DNA from: a virus | Strand: one strand, 5' to 3' | IMG/VR virus record: IMGVR_UViG_3300027754_000047 | Location: 32,001-96,000 of that record | Length of the DNA stretch: 64,000 nucleotides | Shown here: positions 17,026-23,719 of the stretch, piece by piece | Layout of the letters: each line of letters begins with the position of its first letter | Position numbering within the stretch: the stretch's first letter is position 1 | Notes under the pieces: model-generated | Seen by the model: the letters and a program-made list of their open reading frames with translations, nothing else | Told to the model about the DNA's origin: nothing | Databases searched by the model: none | Position numbers and translations under genes: made by a program

Positions 17026-17477
17026 ATAGCTGTTGCGGTGTTTCTGCAGAAACCTTGACAACAGCTAGTTATTGTTCCGGAACCTCCGGGCATGGCTTAC
17101 TAACACCTCTTCGTCCTGCCGCAACCTACTGATCTTGTAGGTCGCTTTAGTTATCCCCTCGCAAGGGGGGCGGTTTACGAGGGACAACCCAACTCTCGTT
17201 GGATTTCTAGGTAGGCTCTCGTCCCCTAGACATACCCACTCCAGTTTTATTAGAGTAGGCTGTTAATAGGTCCCTCACAGGTATGGGACCAACCTTGACT
17301 AGCCTCCGTTGCCACGGGGCGCTGCTCTTTTGCCGAGCCAGCATTAAAGTCGAACCTAAATGGAGTGTACAGCTCCAGTGCTACCGGGGGTATTTATTCC
17401 GGTAAGCTGCTAACCCACCAGTTAGGTAGGTCATACGGTAGGTACCGTAGGGCCCTATATATTGCTATATAGAGCTT
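16980..17477 (-). ncRNA. Candidate ~500-nt structured non-coding RNA
   Basis: No ORF >=60 aa; bounded by its own promoter (17482-17512) and terminator; about a dozen hairpins; GCAA and GAGA tetraloops and G-U pairs favour the minus strand. Confidence 0.65.
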
Positions 17478-17481
17478 ATGT

Positions 17482-17512
17482 ATTATACCCCAAAAAGGAG
17501 GTTATTTTAGCC
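17482..17512 (-). promoter_or_regulatory. Phage cassette promoter CTAAA-N18-TATAAT
   Basis: Minus strand ggctaaaataacctcctttttggggtataat. Confidence 0.78.
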
Positions 17513-17520
17513 TTACCTTG

Positions 17521-17562
17521 ATACCTAAAAAAAGCCCCCCAACTCCTTGCGGAGTGGGGGGC
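17521..17562 (-). terminator. Intrinsic terminator (GCAA loop) with variant tail TTTTAGGTAT
   Basis: Minus strand gccccccactcc-gcaa-ggagttggggggc followed by a T7 run. Confidence 0.85.
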
Positions 17563-17583
17563 ATCGTCCATGGTGGGGGGCCT

Positions 17584-18111
17584 TTAGCGGCTCCACCACC
17601 ATGCCAACTGATCAGACCATGAAGGATTGGTCAACCGCTGCACTCGCTGCTCGCTCGCAATCTGCTGTGCGATTGCAGCAGAGGTGGCCGATTTGTTTCC
17701 CATCGACGCCCTAACATGGATCGCCGCCGTCCACGCCGGGATGCGGACGTAGTCAATTCCAGCAGCCTGCGCCACCCACGCATCGTGGGTGGTTTGGACC
17801 GTCATGATTGCAGCGACGCCCAAGTCGGGCGTCACCTTCGTCGCCGCTTCTACAGCGGCGCAAGTGGAGGCTCCTGCCTCCACAATTCCTTCTGGGGTGG
17901 TGGTGCACTCCACCTTAAGATCCAGCTGCTTCTGCAGCTGCTGCTCTGCCTCACTCCAAGCTGCCTTGGTCTCCTGGATGGAGACCAGCATGGCTGCGGC
18001 CTTTGCCGCAACCTCCTCCGCCGTCGGCGCCTTAGCCGAAGGTGGAGTCGCTTGGCAAACGCCTCCGATGAAGAAGGCGATTGTACAAACGAGTGTTAGA
18101 AGAGTCTTCAT
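17584..18111 (-). CDS. Hypothetical secreted protein (signal peptide, Ala-rich)
   Basis: MKTLLTLVCTIAFFIGGVCQA signal; AAGGAGG SD; own promoter and terminator. Confidence 0.75.
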   Translation of the reverse strand: MKTLLTLVCTIAFFIGGVCQATPPSAKAPTAEEVAAKAAAMLVSIQETKAAWSEAEQQLQKQLDLKVECTTTPEGIVEAGASTCAAVEAATKVTPDLGVAAIMTVQTTHDAWVAQAAGIDYVRIPAWTAAIHVRASMGNKSATSAAIAQQIASEQRVQRLTNPSWSDQLAWWWSR

Positions 18112-18204
18112 GAGACTCCTCCTTTCCGGGGTATTACCCCTTTAAGCTGTTGTTGACAGTATGAGCGGTTACGCAACCCTCATTATCAGCTACAACAGCC
18201 TTAG

Positions 18205-18239
18205 GTATATATACCTCAAAAAGGGGTCTATTTTAGCCC
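18205..18239 (-). promoter_or_regulatory. Phage cassette promoter (left arm of 35-bp inverted repeat)
   Basis: Exact reverse complement of 18383-18417. Confidence 0.8.
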
Positions 18240-18367
18240 TAAAAAGGCCCTTTTAGGCCCTTTTAGGCCCTTTTAGGCCCTTTTAGGCCCTTTTAGGGCT
18301 ATTGACAGTTTTAGGCCCTTTTAGCCCTAAAAAGCCTCTTTTAGGCCCTTTTAGGCTCTTTTAGGCC
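18240..18367. repeat. Tandem array of the 10-mer TTTTAGGCCC with variants
   Basis: Four perfect consecutive copies at 18251-18290 plus about six further exact or degenerate copies to 18367. Confidence 0.92.
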
Positions 18368-18382
18368 TGTTGACAGTATTAG

Positions 18383-18417
18383 GGGCTAAAATAGACCCCT
18401 TTTTGAGGTATATATAC
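18383..18417 (+). promoter_or_regulatory. Phage cassette promoter (right arm of 35-bp inverted repeat)
   Basis: gggctaaaatagacccctttttgaggtatatatac. Confidence 0.8.
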
Positions 18418-18740
18418 ATATGGCCGTTATAGCTATATATAAGAGCTTATCCATGTCGGAATGGCCTTTATAGCTATAACGAGCCAATATGTAGTAGTAC
18501 GTATTGGCAGTTGATCCCCCTCACCCCTTGCGGGGTGGTGCAGGTCGCTAACCCTAAGGGGGAGGCTATCCGGACAGGTACCTCCTACGGTGGGGCCTTA
18601 ACCCGACCTCCCCCCCGAAGTCTGGGGTCACGGTTGCAATGCGAAACCTCCACATGAAGGTGTGGAACACGGGAATCGCGCTTAAGCCTATTGGAAATAG
18701 GGTGAAGCAAAAACCCCCCTGAAATGGGGGCTTTTTTTTT
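18418..18740 (+). ncRNA. Candidate ~320-nt structured non-coding RNA
   Basis: No ORF >=60 aa; between a promoter and a T9 terminator; long 5' stem cgttatagctata/tatagctataacg; cUACGg loop; ccacat-gaag-gtgtgg and cacccc-ttgc-ggggtg hairpins. Confidence 0.6.
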
Positions 18741-18747
18741 AGCTATT
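18714..18747 (+). terminator. Intrinsic terminator with TTTTAGCTATT tail
   Basis: cccccc-tgaaat-ggggg-c-T9-agctatt. Confidence 0.8.
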
Positions 18748-18765
18748 AAAGGTTGACAGTATTAG

Positions 18766-18800
18766 GGGCTAAAATAAGGCTCCTTTTGAGGTATATATAT
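18766..18800 (+). promoter_or_regulatory. Phage cassette promoter CTAAA-N18-TATATA
   Basis: gggctaaaataaggctccttttgaggtatatatat. Confidence 0.8.
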
Positions 18801-18880
18801 ATGTAGAGGGTTTAGACCTAATTGATGGGTGTTCCATTAATTAGAAACAAACCCTACTACTACTCTTGAAAGGAGTAGCC

Positions 18881-19084
18881 ATGTCAATAGTTTGGCAGCC
18901 GTCCTTACGGCATCCCAAATTCCAGGTCGTAAAAGACCTGGTCTTTGGAATCGTGGGAACAATGGACGGATGGGAAACCTCCTCCATTACTACCACGGAG
19001 CAGGCAGAGGCCCTGCTCCAGATCCCGGGGTGTCCCTTTGAGCAGGAGCTCAAGGAGATCATCAAGAAAGGAGTGAGCCCGTAA
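18881..19084 (+). CDS. Hypothetical protein (67 aa) in its own cassette
   Basis: GAAAGGAG SD before ATG 18881; followed by a terminator. Confidence 0.75.
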   Translation: MSIVWQPSLRHPKFQVVKDLVFGIVGTMDGWETSSITTTEQAEALLQIPGCPFEQELKEIIKKGVSP

Positions 19085-19102
19085 GGGCTTTTTTTAGCTA
19101 TT
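19076..19102 (+). terminator. Intrinsic terminator (GTAA loop) with TTTTAGCTATT tail
   Basis: agccc-gtaa-gggct-T6-agctatt. Confidence 0.8.
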
Positions 19103-19112
19103 AAAGTACCTA

Positions 19113-20984
19113 TTACTGTGGAGGCATTCCGGTTGCTGGCGGAGCCGGTTGCCTAAGTTGGTCTTTACCTTGGTTACCTGCTTGCTGAGTAATCTGATCC
19201 AACATACCCTTGATGACAGCATGTAGGTGAGGGTCTTGGCTCTTAATACCTTCCAAGATCTGCCTACGTTGCGGACTGCCCAATGGAGCCGTAGCCATGA
19301 TTTCGTTAACTCGGCCTTGAGCATCCCCAAAGAAGCTTTCCAAGTCCTTACCTGCTCCTGCAGCCGTAGGCCCAGCTACGCCGTTAATAGGCATTGCTGG
19401 AGCGCCCATACCGCCACCGATATTTGGCCCACCTGGCATACCGCCTGCTCCTGCTTCCTGCCCTGGGGCTCCAATGAAGGCTCCTGGAGGCGCAGCCATA
19501 ATCTGCTCGTTTTCTTCTGCTTTGCGCATGCGTTCCATGTAAGACTTTTCTTCTCGCATCTTGAACTCTTGCTCGCTTTGGCGCTTCTTGAAGGTGTCCT
19601 TCCAATCCAAGCCGAAGAGGGTAAGTACGTCTTGTTCCGATGCGACGCCTTGCATCATCATCTGCAACATCATCATGCGGCGTTCAATGTCATCTGCATG
19701 AGTAGGTCGAGTCAAGTTAACTTCACAAGGCAACCAGTTTAGAATAGCGCTAATTCTGTCAACAATCCAAGTTAAGGCTCGTTGTAAGCCGCCTAGAAAG
19801 ATAGTTTCCCCTGCTTCAAATAAACGAGCAGCAAAAGGGGCTGTTTGAACACTAAGGGTCTTACGGTACAGTTCTACTGGAACGCCTAAGCCGTTTAAGA
19901 AGTCAGCTTGGGCTGCATCTAACAGTTGTGGAGTAACAAAGTTCTTACCTTCACCGCCTAATAGTTGGTAATTAACTGGAGTAGGTAACCATTGCCAACC
20001 AGTGGGATCTTTACGAGCTCTATCAATAGAGCGCATAACCTGAGAGCCGAAGGAGCCAATGTTTACCGACTGCATAAAGTCGCCATTGGCTCCAATAGAT
20101 GCCGGAGTAACCAAGCGAATAGGCAACATATGATCTAAGGCAATAGCTTCGTTATTGCGCTTAAGTATTTGGGCTAGGTATGCATCCCTAAAGCCTGCAA
20201 TTACCGGAGGCAAACCCCATTCACCCATTTTGATGTCGCTAAGGTTGCCAATGGAGATATGGTGCAACATGCCGTCAGCAAACTGAAACAAGCTACTAGC
20301 TCGCACAGCTTGAACAATACCCCATGGAGCTTCTTGTAAGTACTTCTTATTGCCGGCCTGAATCAAGGTTCGGTCTTGACTCGGTACTTCGTAGTAATAC
20401 TCAGGAATACCTCCGTATGGCTGGTTTACGATTCTAATCTGCCGAATTGGCCAACGCTTAATAGTGATCTTATTCTCTTCTAGTGTAGGTCGATCATCTG
20501 GATTAAGCGTTTGAACCTGCTTACCGCAACTAGCGCACTTGTAACTAAACCCAGTGCTTAGACTAAACTTATATTCTACGTTAGCAATAGGCCGAGCTGC
20601 TCCACACTCAGCACAAGTTAAAAAGCGCTTAAATGGAGCTAATACCGAGATACAAGAATTACCGTAGACCTTGATATCCCGGCCAATCAAAAACAACAGA
20701 GTTTTAATCTGTTGTTTTTCTAAGAGGAACTTCTTGTACTCCGCCGCCTTATCTTCATCCTTAGTAATCACGTTAAGGTCGGTGCCGGTAAAGTAAGAAA
20801 CTACGTATTCAATAGCTTGGGCAAAAGTTCTATTGCTGTAATACATAGCCTCCGCCATCTCAAATGATTCGTTTATGTTCGTAGGCATATGCAGGGATGC
20901 ATAGTCTAAGAACGGACTAGGAATACTATCTGAGTGGCTTAAAGCTCGGCGCTTGCTAAAGTCTGGCGTTGAAAAATCTGGCAT
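19113..20984 (-). CDS. Probable portal protein with zinc-ribbon insertion
   Basis: 623 aa; portal-like segments (IGRDIKVYGNSCISV, GEWGLPPV, FLNGLGVPVEL); CAEC..CASC insert; Gln/Gly/Pro-rich tail. Resemblance only. Confidence 0.55.
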   Translation of the reverse strand: MPDFSTPDFSKRRALSHSDSIPSPFLDYASLHMPTNINESFEMAEAMYYSNRTFAQAIEYVVSYFTGTDLNVITKDEDKAAEYKKFLLEKQQIKTLLFLIGRDIKVYGNSCISVLAPFKRFLTCAECGAARPIANVEYKFSLSTGFSYKCASCGKQVQTLNPDDRPTLEENKITIKRWPIRQIRIVNQPYGGIPEYYYEVPSQDRTLIQAGNKKYLQEAPWGIVQAVRASSLFQFADGMLHHISIGNLSDIKMGEWGLPPVIAGFRDAYLAQILKRNNEAIALDHMLPIRLVTPASIGANGDFMQSVNIGSFGSQVMRSIDRARKDPTGWQWLPTPVNYQLLGGEGKNFVTPQLLDAAQADFLNGLGVPVELYRKTLSVQTAPFAARLFEAGETIFLGGLQRALTWIVDRISAILNWLPCEVNLTRPTHADDIERRMMMLQMMMQGVASEQDVLTLFGLDWKDTFKKRQSEQEFKMREEKSYMERMRKAEENEQIMAAPPGAFIGAPGQEAGAGGMPGGPNIGGGMGAPAMPINGVAGPTAAGAGKDLESFFGDAQGRVNEIMATAPLGSPQRRQILEGIKSQDPHLHAVIKGMLDQITQQAGNQGKDQLRQPAPPATGMPPQ

Positions 20985-21379
20985 TAGTTGTTTCCATCTT
21001 CCGGCAGATCAATTACTTTACCTATTAAACTTCTAGCAAATTCATTACCGCCTAAAACTGCCCAATCGTAGGCAGTTAGTTCGTCGTCATCTACAGCTTC
21101 AGGATCTAAAGTTGGGTTAGCAATAACGTGAAAAGCAATCAAGTAGCTTACAATGTTAGGCTTGCTGTAATAAGCCGCCATCATAAGTATATTTCGATTT
21201 CCCTTATCTTTTAGCTCTAACAGCCTAGGAAACCTATCTAATAGCCTGTTCAAGAGTACCAGGTCTTCTCCTAGTAAGGCTCCAATAAACAAAGGTACCG
21301 CTTCTTTAATGTTACTTACTATCTTCATTAACTTGCTCCTTAGATGGCGCCTTGCATTTACATCGACACTTAATACCAC
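20984..21379 (-). CDS. Ankyrin-repeat protein (start possibly MKIVS)
   Basis: DKGNRNILMMAAYYSKPNIVSYLI and DDDELTAYDWAVLGGNEFARSLI fit the ankyrin consensus. Confidence 0.75.
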   Translation of the reverse strand: MVLSVDVNARRHLRSKLMKIVSNIKEAVPLFIGALLGEDLVLLNRLLDRFPRLLELKDKGNRNILMMAAYYSKPNIVSYLIAFHVIANPTLDPEAVDDDELTAYDWAVLGGNEFARSLIGKVIDLPEDGNN

Positions 21380-21488
21380 AAGTAGGTAGTTCTGGGATTA
21401 GTTCGTCTGAAGCAACCTTAATAGCCTTGTCGGCAAGAAACTCAGCTTCTACTATTCCTCGTTTAATAAACTCTGATTGGTTTTCCAT
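21312..21488 (-). CDS. Small hypothetical protein (58 aa, Cys cluster)
   Basis: Manual translation MENQSEFIKRG...TCGIKCRCKCKA...; below the ORF-track cutoff; fills an intergenic gap. Confidence 0.35.
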   Translation of the reverse strand: MENQSEFIKRGIVEAEFLADKAIKVASDELIPELPTCGIKCRCKCKAPSKEQVNEDSK

Positions 21489-21568
21489 AGCATTTTCCAG
21501 AAAGGTATTTGAAGTTTTACTTAAATCTGTTTTAATTTAAATTAGTATTTTTTATGAATAAATATTGT

Positions 21569-22234
21569 TTATTCCAACACCCTAAATATAAACGTTCGTT
21601 TGCGTTGTTGCGAATCGTAGATATCTATGTTCAAAACCTGACATACGTAGTCTTGCCCTTCATAAGTGCATACAAACTCAGGGGCATGTATTTTACCATC
21701 TTGGCCCAGTTGTGCTACTGGCGGAGTCCAGGCAGGAGCTTGAGTTCTGTCTAATATGGGGAGTTCTAAAAGCAGCCAAGCTGGAGTTTCTTTAACCTGG
21801 TTAGCAGGCTGGTATACTATGTTTGTGCATTCTAAGGCTAACCGGGCCCCATACCATTCAATTTCAATAATCTTTTTAGGTAAGGCTGTAACGGTACTTT
21901 GATAGTTAAAAGAAAGGCCCCGGGAGTCGTTAGACTCCTCGGGGCCCTTAATAAGGGCATTACTGCTGGATCCAACAAGGGGGGTGGAAGCAACAGTAAT
22001 AACGCCTCCATTTACTAGGGTCGGAGATTGCCCTAAGCTTATACTAAAGTTTCTTTTATCGGCACTAGGAGGTACGGGAATGCTTGCCACCTCCGCCCAG
22101 CCTTTTGAGTTATCTGTGAGCTGCACAATATTAGCTGCAACTGCAGCCGGCCCTTTACCCACCTTTAGGCCTAACGGCCTAGTGGTGGAAGCGGGGTTAC
22201 GTTTAGACGGTAGCGGTTTGTTTGAGGGAGTCAA
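21569..22234 (-). CDS. Hypothetical protein
   Basis: 221 aa ORF in operon. Confidence 0.65.
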   Translation of the reverse strand: MTPSNKPLPSKRNPASTTRPLGLKVGKGPAAVAANIVQLTDNSKGWAEVASIPVPPSADKRNFSISLGQSPTLVNGGVITVASTPLVGSSSNALIKGPEESNDSRGLSFNYQSTVTALPKKIIEIEWYGARLALECTNIVYQPANQVKETPAWLLLELPILDRTQAPAWTPPVAQLGQDGKIHAPEFVCTYEGQDYVCQVLNIDIYDSQQRKRTFIFRVLE

Positions 22235-23660
22235 CTAGGTCCTGATCTAAGCCCATTTCTTCTACATCTTGCTCAGTAAGCTCGTTAATAGGGGTATTGG
22301 TTAGTTTACTAAGTTTAGGCTTACATGCATCATATGCAAAAGTTTTAGAAACGCAACAAACAAGGTTAGGGCCTATAGCTATTTTTATAAAGTTAGGGTC
22401 TTGGTTGAGCGCAACCCCTGCGTTAATTATACCTATCCGGTTTTCTAAATCTGCTAGGGACATTAAGCCTAAGCTGTAACAAAGGGCAAGAGTCATATTA
22501 GATAAAGTAGCTCCTTCGCTGTCCCTCATATCTATGCTTTTAGAATCTAAATACACCTTTGTTGTATTCACCAGCAGTTTGTTATCAATTGGATTAAATT
22601 TTAAAAACTGACCGCTTTTGTCAAAACTAGGAGCTACTCCTAATAACAAGCACATCTTAGGGATTAGGTACACAGGGCTAGTGTGTAAAAGATCCAACTT
22701 CTTAACCTTGTAATCTATTGACCCCCACAAATTACAGTACGTGCCGTATTGTTGAGCTGCGTGAGTATCCGCAAAGAAAAGTTCTAGAACTTCCCTACAA
22801 CCAGCCAAAGCAGCTTGGCGATGCAAAATAGGAAATTTAAGGTCTATTTGCCTGGAAGCGTGGTGACTGGACTCTGTTCTATTTAGTAGCGATTTAAGGA
22901 CATGGTTAGCTATAGAAACCGCAGACTCTTGTATTTCAAACCAATGATGGTCCAAGGTGTAAGGCCAAATGGAGGTCTTTGAAGGCTTGCGCCATTTAAC
23001 CTCAACCCCTGGCTGGACATCCTTAGCAGATCTGCTTGCTTGAAAGCCAACGTGCCTGCTTACGTTTCTTGCTTGGTATGAACTTACTTGTGCGGCGTTT
23101 AAGTAGTTAAATGCCGTATCCACTCGGTCGGAGTAAGAGTAACGTACGTTTCCAGGCTTTTTATTATTACTGCCGTCCACAGACTGTAAGTCGTAACAAC
23201 TATTTGCTATTGCAGTTAGTAAGCTTTCATCTTGAGGTAAGTTTATGTAGCCCAGTAACCAAGCTTTCATGGCTTCTGTAAGCCGAACCTTCATTCCAGC
23301 AACCCCTCTAGTGCTTCTTGAGTTTCCGTTGTGTAGGTTTTTTCCGTGCGCCAACAACTTTAACATCTTTACTGTTTGGGGTAATAACTTTATTTGCCCC
23401 TTGAGCTCAGCTGCCGCCAAGGTAGTTGGATCTAAGATTACTAATCCGTTTAAATCTACCGGGATAGCTTGAGAAACTAAAACACAATTGTAGTAAGCCA
23501 ACACTCGGTTGTTTGCAACTATAGGTATAAATAACCCGTGGGTTTGACTTAAAAAGGGATTTGTACCTACTTGCGCCCACCAGGTATTAGGTTGGTTAAA
23601 GATCTGTTTAACGTATGGGGTGAACTTAAGTGCGGATTCAAAATCACAAAAATATTGCAT
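22203..23660 (-). CDS. Hypothetical protein
   Basis: 485 aa ORF, GAAAGG upstream. Confidence 0.75.
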   Translation of the reverse strand: MQYFCDFESALKFTPYVKQIFNQPNTWWAQVGTNPFLSQTHGLFIPIVANNRVLAYYNCVLVSQAIPVDLNGLVILDPTTLAAAELKGQIKLLPQTVKMLKLLAHGKNLHNGNSRSTRGVAGMKVRLTEAMKAWLLGYINLPQDESLLTAIANSCYDLQSVDGSNNKKPGNVRYSYSDRVDTAFNYLNAAQVSSYQARNVSRHVGFQASRSAKDVQPGVEVKWRKPSKTSIWPYTLDHHWFEIQESAVSIANHVLKSLLNRTESSHHASRQIDLKFPILHRQAALAGCREVLELFFADTHAAQQYGTYCNLWGSIDYKVKKLDLLHTSPVYLIPKMCLLLGVAPSFDKSGQFLKFNPIDNKLLVNTTKVYLDSKSIDMRDSEGATLSNMTLALCYSLGLMSLADLENRIGIINAGVALNQDPNFIKIAIGPNLVCCVSKTFAYDACKPKLSKLTNTPINELTEQDVEEMGLDQDLVDSLKQTATV

Positions 23661-23676
23661 ACCATTTACCTTTCTT

Positions 23677-23714
23677 GGTAGGGGTTAAGGGGACATTACC
23701 CCTTAACCCCTACC
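23677..23714. terminator. Strong hairpin after the vWA gene (terminator or processing site)
   Basis: ggtaggggttaagggg-acatta-ccccttaacccctacc, 16-bp perfect stem; no clear U-tail. Confidence 0.6.
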
Positions 23715-23719
23715 GGCTG

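Noticed and set aside
16980-17477. Group I/II intron, retron RNA, tmRNA or RNase P RNA
   Set aside because: No interrupted gene, no reverse transcriptase, no tRNA-like ends, and no RNase P P4 consensus recognised by eye; an Rfam scan is still needed.
17716-18145. Plus-strand ORFs of 127 and 118 aa
   Set aside because: Antisense shadows of a GC-rich minus-strand gene that has the SD, promoter and terminator.
18240-18367. Possible CRISPR array
   Set aside because: The 10-bp units are directly adjacent with no unique spacers, and no cas genes are seen.
18370-18392. TTGACA followed by TAAAAT read as a sigma70 promoter
   Set aside because: Spacing is 11 nt rather than 16-18; the same holds for the copy at 18753.
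10436-19102. Integron cassette array
   Set aside because: No tyrosine recombinase in the window, no attC-like GTTRRRY-bounded palindromes, and units carry their own promoters.
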